Assembly: GCA_038321985.1 (NCBI GenBank)
Contig: JBBQFN010000031.1
Location: forward strand, 1-61,044
Length of the DNA: 61,044 bases
Reading direction: 5' to 3'
Source of the DNA: Cyanophyceae cyanobacterium
GTDB lineage: Bacteria; Cyanobacteriota; Cyanobacteriia; Cyanobacteriales; Laspinemataceae
The translations under genes and the position numbers were made by a program. Each line of letters begins with the position of its first letter. The stretch's first letter is position 1. Below, in pieces: positions 1 through 9,044 of the stretch. The notes beneath the pieces are model-generated. The model made no database searches and had not been told where the DNA came from. It saw nothing but the letters and a program-made list of their open reading frames with translations.

Positions 1-1
1 A

Positions 2-139
2 GACCCCGAATTTGAAACCTTCTATACGAAGAATATTCTTCTCAATGAAGGGATCCGGGCTTGGATGGCTCCCGTTGACCAGCCTCACGAAACCTTTGAG
101 TTCCCTGAAGAAGTTCTTCCTCGCGGTAACGCTCTGTAG
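2..139 (+). CDS. psbD: Photosystem II D2 protein, 3' end (partial, runs off the window start)
   Basis: Frame from base 2 reads [45 protein letters not shown], the conserved D2 C-terminus; TAG at 137-139. Confidence 0.97.
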   Translation, partial: DPEFETFYTKNILLNEGIRAWMAPVDQPHETFEFPEEVLPRGNAL

Positions 140-152
140 AAAATTTGATTGA

Positions 153-200
153 AGATTTTAGATTTTAGAGTGGTTAAGTCCCCTCTAAAATCTAAAATCT
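153..200. repeat. Perfect 18-bp inverted repeat built from ATTTTAG heptamers in the psbD-psbC spacer
   Basis: AGATTTTAGATTTTAGAG (153-170) pairs exactly with CTCTAAAATCTAAAATCT (183-200), 12-nt loop. Confidence 0.85.
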
Positions 201-247
201 AAACAAGCGATATCATCTGTTGTCGATCGCAAAAGAGGTTCTCATCC

Positions 248-1633
248 GTGCAAACATCTTTCAATAGTTCGCTGGTCATGGGCGGACGTGACCAAGAAAC
301 CACCGGGTTTGCCTGGTGGTCTGGTAACGCCCGTCTGATCAACTTATCCGGTAAACTCCTGGGCGCTCACGTTGCTCACGCTGGATTAATCGTCTTCTGG
401 GCTGGAGCGATGACTGTATTTGAGGTCGCTCACTTCATTCCTGAAAAGCCCATGTATGAGCAAGGCTTAATCCTGCTGCCTCACCTCGGGACTCTGGGTT
501 GGGGTGTGGGCCCCGGTGGAGAAGTCATCGATACTTTTCCCTACTTTGTTATTGGTGTTCTGCACCTGATTTCTTCTGCCGTTCTCGGTTTGGGTGGTAT
601 TTATCACGCCGTTCGCGGTCCGGAAACCTTAGAAGATTACTCTTCTTTCTTTGGGTATGACTGGCGTGATAAAAACAAGATGACCACAATCTTGGGCTTC
701 CACCTGATCGTCCTGGGATTAGGTGCTTTGTTACTGGTTCTCAAAGCCATGTTCTTTGGTGGGGTGTATGACACCTGGGCACCCGGTGGCGGTGACGTGC
801 GCGTCATTACCAACCCGACCCTGAACCCTGCTGTCATCTTTGGTTATCTGGCCAAGTCTCCCTTTGGTGGAGAAGGCTGGTTGATCGGGGTCGATAACAT
901 GGAAGACATCATCGGCGGTCACATTTGGGTTGGCTTTACCTGCATTATTGGCGGTGTCTGGCACATCCTCACCAAGCCTTTTGGTTGGGTGCGTCGTGCC
1001 TTCATTTGGTCTGGAGAGGCTTATCTGTCCTACAGCTTAGGCGCTCTGTCCTTAATGGGCTTTGTGGCTGCTTCCTTCGTTTGGTTTAACAACACTGCTT
1101 ATCCCAGCGAATTTTACGGCCCCACCAACGCTGAATCTTCTCAGGCTCAAGCTTTCACCTTCTTGGTTCGTGACCAACGTTTAGGTGCCAGCATTGGTAC
1201 CGCCCAAGGCCCAACGGGTCTAGGTAAATACCTGATGCGCTCTCCCACGGGCGAGATCATCTTCGGGGGTGAAACTATGCGCTTCTGGGATTTCCGAGGC
1301 CCCTGGTTGGAACCCCTACGTGGACCGAATGGTTTGGATCTGCGTAAGCTGAAAAATGACATTCAACCCTGGCAAATCCGTCGGGCGGCTGAGTACATGA
1401 CTCACGCTCCTAACGGTTCTATCAACTCTGTGGGTGGGATTATCACTGAAGCCAACGGCTTTAACTATGTAAACCCCCGCGCTTGGTTGGCTGGTGCTCA
1501 CTTCATTTTGGGCTTCTTCTTCTTAATCGGTCACCTCTGGCACGCTGGACGCGCTCGCGCCGCTGCTGCTGGATTTGAACGCGGTATTGACCGTGAAGAT
1601 GAGCCAGTATTGGCAATGACTGAACTTGATTAA
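248..1633 (+). CDS. psbC: Photosystem II CP43 protein (divergent variant)
   Basis: GTG start after [32 protein letters not shown]; full lumenal E-loop with [26 protein letters not shown]-terminus. Full E-loop excludes IsiA/Pcb. Confidence 0.96.
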   Translation: MQTSFNSSLVMGGRDQETTGFAWWSGNARLINLSGKLLGAHVAHAGLIVFWAGAMTVFEVAHFIPEKPMYEQGLILLPHLGTLGWGVGPGGEVIDTFPYFVIGVLHLISSAVLGLGGIYHAVRGPETLEDYSSFFGYDWRDKNKMTTILGFHLIVLGLGALLLVLKAMFFGGVYDTWAPGGGDVRVITNPTLNPAVIFGYLAKSPFGGEGWLIGVDNMEDIIGGHIWVGFTCIIGGVWHILTKPFGWVRRAFIWSGEAYLSYSLGALSLMGFVAASFVWFNNTAYPSEFYGPTNAESSQAQAFTFLVRDQRLGASIGTAQGPTGLGKYLMRSPTGEIIFGGETMRFWDFRGPWLEPLRGPNGLDLRKLKNDIQPWQIRRAAEYMTHAPNGSINSVGGIITEANGFNYVNPRAWLAGAHFILGFFFLIGHLWHAGRARAAAAGFERGIDREDEPVLAMTELD

Positions 1634-1676
1634 TTTCTTCTGGATTGAAGGATGAATTTCCAGTAATCAGTTCATT

Positions 1677-1710
1677 AAAAAAGGCTCCTGCTATATGCAG
1701 GAGCTTTTTT
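1677..1710 (+). terminator. Rho-independent terminator after psbC
   Basis: GCTCCTGC-TATAT-GCAGGAGC stem-loop followed by T6 and preceded by an A-run. Confidence 0.85.
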
Positions 1711-1831
1711 GTTAGGAAGATAATCGGAAAATGTTGAAGAAGGGGGATTTCCTATTACAATAAAATAAAGTGAACTGCTGTAAATTGACCTATTTCAATT
1801 CAAAAATTTAACATTTAATCGGATATTATTT

Positions 1832-2017
1832 ATGTCTAATCATGATTTGTTTGATGACCTGGAATGGACGGAAGAAGCTAAACTCAAGCTCAAGAATATC
1901 CCTTATTTCGTGCGATCGCAGGCAAGGCAACGCATCATCCAGTTGGCGCGAGAAGCCGAACTGGATGTGGTGACGCCGGAGATTGTGGAAAAGGCGCGGG
2001 TGGAATTTGGTCAGTGA
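1832..2017 (+). CDS. Stand-alone PCP_red domain protein (like the C-terminal domain of protochlorophyllide reductase ChlB)
   Basis: [32 protein letters not shown]...[11 protein letters not shown] fits the WxxEAxxxLxxIPxFVR motif. Confidence 0.85.
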   Translation: MSNHDLFDDLEWTEEAKLKLKNIPYFVRSQARQRIIQLAREAELDVVTPEIVEKARVEFGQ

Positions 2018-2021
2018 GGGA

Positions 2022-5000
2022 TCACCCGGACTGAATTTCAAGGTTTGTCGGTTTGGGTTGACGCATTAATCGTTTCCCAAATTGCGCATAAAGGGCCGGA
2101 ATCACTAACAGAGTTAAGGCAGTTGAGGTAAATAACCCCCCCAAAACTACAATGGCTAGGGGTTGTAAAATTTCATTCCCTGCGCCAGTGGCGATCGCCA
2201 AGGGAAACATTCCCAATGCTGAGGTTAAAGCGGTCATCAAAATGGCATTCACTCGGTCTAAGGAACCGTTGATAATTACATCATTCAGCGGCATTCCCTG
2301 GGCAAATTTAGTATTGTAATTATCCACCAGTAATAACCCATTGCGGACCGCTACCCCAAATAGGGTAATAAATCCAATCAGCGAGGCAATGGAAATCACG
2401 CCGCCTGTTAAAGCAATAGAGATAATTCCCCCGACTAAGGCTAAGGGTAAATTGACCATAATCGCGAGGGTTGCCGGGAGAGATTTGACCGAGAAAAACA
2501 TCAGGATAGCAATGGCGACTGCTGCTAAAATACTAAACCACAATAAACTATTACTCGCTCTTTGTTCCGATTCAAATTGTCCGCCATATTGGATAAAATA
2601 TCCCTGGGGTAAGGTAACTTTTTTCTGAATTTGAGCTTGAATATCTCCGACGACACTGCCTAAATCTCGATTAGCCACATTTGCAGAAACTACAATCAGC
2701 CGAGATACATTTTCCCGATTGACAACATTCGCTCCCATACCGTAACTTAAACGGGCAACAGTTCCCAGGGGAATTATCTCTCCGGTTGGGGTAGAAATTG
2801 GAATGGCACCCATTGCATCTAAGCTATTGCGAGACTTTTCAGTGAGGGTGACAAAAATATCAATCAGTTGTTGATTTTCTGGCACTTGAGAAACAATTCG
2901 ACCGTTGAGGGCGGTTTCGACAACTTCTGACAATTGTTCCATCCTTAATCCATAAGTTGCCGCAGCTTGACGGTTGTATTCAATTTGGATTTGGCGAATG
3001 GGGAGTTGAGGTTCTAGTTGCAAATCAACCACGCCAGAAATCGGCGCGATCGCATCTCGAACCTGTTCACCAATGCGGCGGAGTTCCTTTAAATCTGGGC
3101 CAAAAATTTTGACGGCGACTGCGCTTCTGACTCCCGAGAGCACTTCATCCATGCGGTGAGAGATAAATCCGCCAATATTCGGCGCAACACCGGGCAATTT
3201 GAGGAAACTTTCACGCAGGTTTTGCACACTGGTTTCTCGGTCTTTTAAGGCTAAATCACTCAATTCTACATCCACATGAGCCATACTCACCCCAGCGCCA
3301 TCCGCATCTCCGGGAGTCCGTCCGGCGCGGACTTGTACCCAGTCATAGAGGGGATTGTTTTGGAGGGATTTGGATAGGGCGATACCGGCGCGATGGGTCA
3401 TATCTAGGGAGACTCCTGGATATAATACCATTGAATTGACCATTGATTTTTCCCGAAATTCCGGGAGAAAAACTTGTCCCAAAGTGGGAACAATTGCCAG
3501 GGTTGCGACTAAGCTGGCGAGGGCAATTGCCAGGATAATTTGGGGCGATCGCAAGGATAGATTCAGCAATGGGCGATACAGTCTTTCTGCTAACCGGGAA
3601 ACAAAAGTACCTTCCTGGGGAAGGGTTTGATTCGCTAACAGAATAGCGCAAAGGGCGGGGGAAAGGGTCATGGCGACAAGGGTTGAGGCGGCGATCGAGA
3701 GTAAATAAGCCAACCCCATTGGCACAAAAATCCGTCCTTCTACCCCGGTTAAACTAAAAATTGGTGCAAACACTACAATGATAATCACTGTGGAGAAAAC
3801 CACCGCCAGCCGGACTTCTACGGAGGTGTCATATACTACTTGCAAGGGATGTTTGGGATGACCTTGCGCTTGATTCTTTCGCAATCCCCGATAGCAGTTT
3901 TCCATATCAACAATGGAATCATCTACGACGGAACCAATGGCAACCACTAATCCCCCGAGGGTCATGGTATTAATGCCCAATCCCAAGGCTTTCATAAACC
4001 ATAAGCCAATTAATAACGAGAGGGGAATGGCACTTAAGGTAATCACTGCCGTGCGCCAATTCATCAAAAATAGCAGCATAATCACCGAGACAATGATGAT
4101 GCCTTGAATCAGAGAACCGCTGACATTTTTAATGGCAGAATCAATGAAGTTGGACTGGCGAAAGGTGCGGGAAATTTGGATATCTGCCGGAAAGGTTTCC
4201 TGTAGCGATCGCATCCGGGATTCTACCGCTTTTGTAACCGTTGGGGTATCGACATTAGGCTGTTTATTAATCATCATCACCACTGCCGATTGTCCGTTAA
4301 AACTGGCATCCCCCCGTTTGAGGGCAGATCCGGTTTTCACTTCGGCCACATCTTTGAGTAAAATCGGCAAGCCTTCTTCTACTTTAACCACCGATTCTTG
4401 TAAATCTTCGATGGATTTAATCTGACCGATTCCCCGGATTAATAATTCTTGACCCCCACCAATCAAGAACCCGCCTGAAGCATTGGAATTAGCGCCTCTA
4501 GCGGCTTGGGCGACTTCTGTTAAAGAGACATTCAGCGATCGCAATTTAGCCGGATCAACCAGCACTTGTTTCTGTCGTTCCTCACCGCCATACACTGTAA
4601 TTTGGGTCACCCCTGGCACCGATAAAAGTTGCTGGGTGAGGGTACTATCGACGAAATGCCGCAGATCCATTAATGAAGTTTCCCCTCCTTCCGTGATGGT
4701 AAAGGCATATTGTAAAATCGTGGCTAGGGGGGAAGCTAAGGGGGAAATTTCTGGGGGATGAACTTCGGCAGGAAGTTGATTGGTAATCTGTTGAAGTCGT
4801 TCGGTAACCGCTTGTCTTGCCTGATAAATATCTGCATTGGGGTCAAATACAACTTGGACCATTGAGAGTCCAACCTTGGATGAAGATCGCACCGTTGCCA
4901 CTCCCGGCAATCCATTAACAGCAGTTTCAATGGGAACAGTAATTTGCGATTCCACCTCCTCCGGTGCCAATCCCGCTGCTTGAGTTTGAATATCGACTTG

Positions 5001-5147
5001 AGGGGGTGCAAATTCCGGAAATACATCCAGAGGCATTTGGGTAATAGAGAAGATTCCCCAAACGGTGATAAAAAGGGCACAAATGACGATAATCCACCGT
5101 TGAGTAATGGAGTTTTTCAGGATTAAATTGAGAATTGAATTTAACAT
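2022..5147 (-). CDS. nrsA: CusA/CzcA family heavy-metal efflux RND permease (NrsA-like)
   Basis: About 1040 aa; MPLDVFPEFAPPQV, AIGSVVDDSIVDMEN, ILMTALTSALGMFPLA motifs. ATG at 5147 with GAGG RBS preferred over TTG at 5159. Confidence 0.9.
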   Translation of the reverse strand: MLNSILNLILKNSITQRWIIVICALFITVWGIFSITQMPLDVFPEFAPPQVDIQTQAAGLAPEEVESQITVPIETAVNGLPGVATVRSSSKVGLSMVQVVFDPNADIYQARQAVTERLQQITNQLPAEVHPPEISPLASPLATILQYAFTITEGGETSLMDLRHFVDSTLTQQLLSVPGVTQITVYGGEERQKQVLVDPAKLRSLNVSLTEVAQAARGANSNASGGFLIGGGQELLIRGIGQIKSIEDLQESVVKVEEGLPILLKDVAEVKTGSALKRGDASFNGQSAVVMMINKQPNVDTPTVTKAVESRMRSLQETFPADIQISRTFRQSNFIDSAIKNVSGSLIQGIIIVSVIMLLFLMNWRTAVITLSAIPLSLLIGLWFMKALGLGINTMTLGGLVVAIGSVVDDSIVDMENCYRGLRKNQAQGHPKHPLQVVYDTSVEVRLAVVFSTVIIIVVFAPIFSLTGVEGRIFVPMGLAYLLSIAASTLVAMTLSPALCAILLANQTLPQEGTFVSRLAERLYRPLLNLSLRSPQIILAIALASLVATLAIVPTLGQVFLPEFREKSMVNSMVLYPGVSLDMTHRAGIALSKSLQNNPLYDWVQVRAGRTPGDADGAGVSMAHVDVELSDLALKDRETSVQNLRESFLKLPGVAPNIGGFISHRMDEVLSGVRSAVAVKIFGPDLKELRRIGEQVRDAIAPISGVVDLQLEPQLPIRQIQIEYNRQAAATYGLRMEQLSEVVETALNGRIVSQVPENQQLIDIFVTLTEKSRNSLDAMGAIPISTPTGEIIPLGTVARLSYGMGANVVNRENVSRLIVVSANVANRDLGSVVGDIQAQIQKKVTLPQGYFIQYGGQFESEQRASNSLLWFSILAAVAIAILMFFSVKSLPATLAIMVNLPLALVGGIISIALTGGVISIASLIGFITLFGVAVRNGLLLVDNYNTKFAQGMPLNDVIINGSLDRVNAILMTALTSALGMFPLAIATGAGNEILQPLAIVVLGGLFTSTALTLLVIPALYAQFGKRLMRQPKPTNLEIQSG

Positions 5148-5155
5148 CTGTTGCC

Positions 5156-5815
5156 TCAACTCTCTCCCTTGTCATCAGAAAGAACGCTGTTTTTTTTCCG
5201 GGTACTGACTAAGGCGATCGGGGTTGCCAAAAGAACGACGGCGATCGCAATCCCAACTAACCAACCCATCGGCAATCCGCTTTCAGTTGCGGGGATTGGT
5301 AGGGGTTGTTGCACCGTTTCCAGGGGTTGAGGTGCGGAATCTTCAATCAAGGGGGTACTTTGAGTTTTTAAGGGTTCTGAAGTGGCGGACGTCTCTGGGG
5401 TTTGGGTTTTGCGAGATTCAGCATAGAGAGACAAACTGCCTTGGGTGACGAGATTTTCCCCCACGGATAATCCATCCAGGACTTCAATCAGTTCCCCTTG
5501 GGTTGTGCCGGTGGTAACGGGAACAGGTTCATAGAAGTTTTGATATTGGACAAAAACGAGTTGCTGATCCTCTGCATTCACTAAGGCGGTGATGGGGACC
5601 AGGATGGAGGCGCTACCATCGGCAGCCGGGGCGATCGGGGTGACGACAATGCCTAACATTTCGTCAATTTCCGGGTTCACTTCTACCCGTTCAATCCCGC
5701 CGGTGGCTTGGAATTCATCCCCATGTCCCACATGGGATAAAGCCAGTTTGGGGAAGGAGAAAAGAACTGTTGTAATGAGGACAGTCCGAATTAAAGATTG
5801 ATGTGAGTAACCCAT
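5156..5815 (-). CDS. nrsB: NrsB-like periplasmic adaptor/accessory subunit of metal efflux RND system
   Basis: Signal peptide, HVGHGDEF motif, MFP C-terminal-like segment (VPITALV...IEVLDGLSVGENLVTQG), C-terminal TM helix; directly upstream of the RND permease. Confidence 0.7.
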   Translation of the reverse strand: MGYSHQSLIRTVLITTVLFSFPKLALSHVGHGDEFQATGGIERVEVNPEIDEMLGIVVTPIAPAADGSASILVPITALVNAEDQQLVFVQYQNFYEPVPVTTGTTQGELIEVLDGLSVGENLVTQGSLSLYAESRKTQTPETSATSEPLKTQSTPLIEDSAPQPLETVQQPLPIPATESGLPMGWLVGIAIAVVLLATPIALVSTRKKNSVLSDDKGES

Positions 5816-5864
5816 GATTCCCTCGCTGTAGGGGATAAAAATCCTCCCTAGTCTGGCAAAGGGT

Positions 5865-5884
5865 AGATGAAATTGAGATGAAAT
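5865..5884 (-). promoter_or_regulatory. Putative OmpR-family (NrsR/CopR-type) direct-repeat box upstream of nrsB
   Basis: AGATGAAAT at 5865-5873 and 5876-5884 (11-bp period); minus strand reads TTTCAT-N5-TTTCAT, 50 bp upstream of the nrsB start. Confidence 0.65.
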
Positions 5885-5897
5885 CGAGAGGCAACAA

Positions 5898-6020
5898 CCG
5901 GCGGGGGTTCAAACTAATAGCTAAAGTCGTCTAAAGACGACTAAAAACCCCACAGTCTAAGACTTTCAGTCGGTTTCAACCGACTTGATTCTGTTAGGCG
6001 GGGGTTTGAACCCCCGCCGG
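5898..6020. repeat. Miniature inverted-repeat (REP-doublet/MITE-like) element
   Basis: 17-bp perfect terminal inverted repeats CCGGCGGGGGTTCAAAC / GTTTGAACCCCCGCCGG; internal palindromes AGTCGTCTAAAGACGACT and AGTCGGTTTCAACCGACT. Confidence 0.75.
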
Positions 6021-6079
6021 AGTTGAGAATGGAACCAGCTTCGCTAAAATCAAGCCTGTGGTTAATTTCCTAAACACCG

Positions 6080-6772
6080 ATGAGAATTTTGCTGGTGGAA
6101 GATGAGGCGGATTTAGGACAAGCGATTAAGCAGGTGTTAGTGAGTGAAAAGTATGTTGTAGATTGGGTTCAGGATGGGGTACAGGCTTGGGATTGTCTGG
6201 AAAGTCAGTGGACGGACTATACAGTGGCGATCGTGGATTGGTTGCTGCCGAAGTTATCCGGATTAAAGTTATGTCAGCGATTGAGATTGCATCAAAATCC
6301 GTTACCCGTGTTGATGTTAACGGCGTTGGGACAACCGGAAAATCGCGTGGCGGGACTGGATGCTGGGGCGGATGATTATTTGGTGAAACCGTTTGTAATG
6401 GAAGAATTACTGGCGCGTTTGCGGGCATTACAGCGGCGATCGCCTCAACTCCAACCCCAAACTCTGACGGTGGGTGGATTTACCTTGGATTATGGGAACA
6501 ATGTCCTCTGTTTCGAGTTGAGTCAAACTCCTGAACTGATTCCTTTAACGGTGAAAGAATTTCAACTGTGTGCCTATTTGATGCAAAATTGCGATCGCAT
6601 TATTTCCGGCAGTAAAATTCGGTATCAACTCTGGGATTTGGATGCTGAACCCATTAGCAATGTGGTAGCGGCACAAATGCGATTATTACGGCGCAAGTTA
6701 GCCCATTATAATTGTCCTTGTCCCATTGAAACTATTCCGGGTCAAGGGTATCGATTCAATACGTCTCGATGA
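6080..6772 (+). CDS. rppA: OmpR-family response regulator RppA/NrsR
   Basis: MRILLVEDE receiver domain, DWLLP, GLDAGADDYLVKPF, winged helix ending IETIPGQGYRF; divergent from nrsBA. Confidence 0.88.
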   Translation: MRILLVEDEADLGQAIKQVLVSEKYVVDWVQDGVQAWDCLESQWTDYTVAIVDWLLPKLSGLKLCQRLRLHQNPLPVLMLTALGQPENRVAGLDAGADDYLVKPFVMEELLARLRALQRRSPQLQPQTLTVGGFTLDYGNNVLCFELSQTPELIPLTVKEFQLCAYLMQNCDRIISGSKIRYQLWDLDAEPISNVVAAQMRLLRRKLAHYNCPCPIETIPGQGYRFNTSR

Positions 6773-6784
6773 GTTTCTTCGGGA

Positions 6785-8170
6785 ATGAATAGTCATCAGT
6801 TATTTCGCCGCAGCCGATTCCGTCTTGCCTTTTGGTATGCCGGGGTGATGGCACTGATTTTAAGTTTGTCAGGGTTGAGTTTGTATCGATCGCTGATTCA
6901 GTCCAATTGGGATGCAATGGAACGGGAAATGGAGTCGATCGCCGGGACGTTGCATGATAGTTTGGAACCGATGTTACCGCCTTCTGGGGAAGCGACGACG
7001 ATTTTAAAGCGGATTTTGCCGGAACTCTGTGTGGCGGGGGAATCTTGTACTATCAGTCCGACGTTAATTGAACGCCATACGATAGGAATTAGCGATCGCA
7101 ATACTTATTATATTCGCCTGTTTAATCACCAAGGCAAACTCCTGGCTTTTTCTCCAAATCCCCCCCTGGGAGTTTCCCGAGGGTTTCATCCGGAACCGTG
7201 GCAAACGTTTCAGAGTCCGCAGGGAATTCGCTATCATCAATTTACGATTATTTTACATAATCACCATCCCAGTGAGTCTTCTTCCCGACATCATTCTCCT
7301 CCTTCTTGGGGCTACTTACAAATTGGCCGAACTTTAGAAGCATTGGATGGGGAAGTACAGCGGATGCGATGGATTTTAGGGATGGGATTTTCCATGGCAT
7401 TAGGGTTGGTAATAATGTCCAGTTGGTGGCTATCGGGATTAGCCATGCAGCCGATTTATCAATCTTATCAGCAACAGCAACAGTTTACCGCAAATGCTGC
7501 CCACGAATTGCGATCGCCTTTAGCGAGTTTGTTAGCAACAGTCGAGGCAATTTTACGATTACCCCCCGCAAATCAGCCGGAAATTCCCCTGATGCTGCAA
7601 ACCGTGGAGAGGCAGGGACGGCGGTTGAGTCATTTAATTTCTGATTTACTTTTATTAACCAGTCTGGAAAAACAGTCATCCCCAATCCCTTTTAAGTCTT
7701 GTTGTTTAAATGATTTAATCAGTGATTTGACAGAAGAATTTTTAGAGTTGGCGCTAATTGCTGAACTGGATCTGGTGAGTCATATTTCCGAGGCGGAAAT
7801 TTATGTGTTAGGACATGAATCACAGCTTTATCGGTTGGTGTCTAATTTAATTGCAAATGCGATTCAATATACGCCGAATGGGGGTAAAGTTGTGATTGAG
7901 TTAATTCGGCGCGATCGCCTTGCAGTGATTACGGTAAAAGATACCGGAATTGGCATTGCATCGGGAGAACAAACCCGAATTTTTGAACGGTTCTACCGTG
8001 TGGATAGCGATCGCAGCCGTAACACTGGGGGGACGGGATTGGGTTTAGCCATTGTACAGGCAATCGCCCAAAAACATCAAGCTAATCTTTCCGTAGAAAG
8101 CCAGTTAGGATCCGGTAGTATTTTTGCAGTAGAATTTCCAAACGTTTGTAGTAACCCCTTCAGGGGTTAG
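6785..8170 (+). CDS. rppB: Sensor histidine kinase RppB/NrsS
   Basis: Two TM segments, His-rich periplasmic stretch, FTANAAHELRSPL H-box, NLIANAIQY N-box, DTGIGI and GGTGLGL G-boxes. Confidence 0.88.
   Translation: MNSHQLFRRSRFRLAFWYAGVMALILSLSGLSLYRSLIQSNWDAMEREMESIAGTLHDSLEPMLPPSGEATTILKRILPELCVAGESCTISPTLIERHTIGISDRNTYYIRLFNHQGKLLAFSPNPPLGVSRGFHPEPWQTFQSPQGIRYHQFTIILHNHHPSESSSRHHSPPSWGYLQIGRTLEALDGEVQRMRWILGMGFSMALGLVIMSSWWLSGLAMQPIYQSYQQQQQFTANAAHELRSPLASLLATVEAILRLPPANQPEIPLMLQTVERQGRRLSHLISDLLLLTSLEKQSSPIPFKSCCLNDLISDLTEEFLELALIAELDLVSHISEAEIYVLGHESQLYRLVSNLIANAIQYTPNGGKVVIELIRRDRLAVITVKDTGIGIASGEQTRIFERFYRVDSDRSRNTGGTGLGLAIVQAIAQKHQANLSVESQLGSGSIFAVEFPNVCSNPFRG
8143..8170 (+). repeat. 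GTAG-type REP-like palindrome variant overlapping the rppB stop
   Basis: CGTTTGTAGT-AACCCCT-TC-AGGGGTT-AG has the same architecture as the GTAGT-AACGACT-TC-AGTCGTT family elsewhere in the window. Confidence 0.6.
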
Positions 8171-8195
8171 GGCTGTATAAAAGCGACAATTCTAT

Positions 8196-9008
8196 TCACC
8201 CATCGCGACTTAATGCTGATAAAATTGCCTGCTGACTAACGGTTTGATAAATGCTGTTTAATGACTGCATTACTGCTTGTCCCGTTGCTGCCGGTTTAAT
8301 GGGAATTGGTCCTAACACATCTAACACCGTTTCACTACTGGGTGCAGGGGTAATCACCACTAATCCGGATTCTAACTGGTCGTCATACTGCCAAAATTTA
8401 TCTACTTTTAGCGGGGATTTATGTAGTTTTGATTTAGAGTCTTTTGCTTTAGAATCCGTTGGTTCTGCATTAGTATCCGTCCCCCGGATTTGCCGTAATG
8501 TAGCCAGAATTTGGGCTTGAGTGCGTCCCCGTAATTGAAATAATACAAACGGGTCATCACTAAAGCGATCGCCTAACAAGTAATACACCGCCGCAATATG
8601 TTTACAAGGATTCGCTTTATCGGGGCAACTACACCGAGAATTCACTTGATCGAGGGTAAAAGGAAACAATCTTACCCCATTTGCCGCAAACACTTCTTCG
8701 ATATTTTGTGGCATTTCTCCTGAGAGGAGTTTGGCTGAAAAAATTGCCCGTTCTGCCATCGCTTGAATTACATAATTCCAATCTTCATCGGTTAATGGAT
8801 CTAACCAGAGTGAAACTTTGTAGGGTTCTGGATCAGTGCCTTGGACTTGTGCCAGTGCCTTTTGTCCTTCAAAGTCGATATTAAGTACATTCCCCTCTCG
8901 GGCATAGATTCGTCCCCGTTCCAAACGCTTTTTAAAGCGGTAAGAATTGAGCAAGTCTAGCCATTGTTGGGTCCACCATTCTTTATCGGGTTGCGCGTAA
9001 TTAGTCAT
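8196..9008 (-). CDS. SWIM zinc finger family protein
   Basis: CSCPDKANPCKHIAA SWIM motif; RLERGRIYA; DPFVLFQLRG; follows the SNF2 gene. Confidence 0.92.
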   Translation of the reverse strand: MTNYAQPDKEWWTQQWLDLLNSYRFKKRLERGRIYAREGNVLNIDFEGQKALAQVQGTDPEPYKVSLWLDPLTDEDWNYVIQAMAERAIFSAKLLSGEMPQNIEEVFAANGVRLFPFTLDQVNSRCSCPDKANPCKHIAAVYYLLGDRFSDDPFVLFQLRGRTQAQILATLRQIRGTDTNAEPTDSKAKDSKSKLHKSPLKVDKFWQYDDQLESGLVVITPAPSSETVLDVLGPIPIKPAATGQAVMQSLNSIYQTVSQQAILSALSRDG

Positions 9009-9044
9009 GGGATTGGTCCTGTTTTTTTAGTTTCTTAAGATTTG

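Noticed and set aside
248..1633. IsiA/Pcb antenna or far-red (FaRLiP) psbC2
   Set aside because: Full E-loop is present, so not IsiA. A terminator follows rather than psbB2/psbH2, and the sequence does not resemble far-red CP43 as I recall it; upstream context is outside the window.
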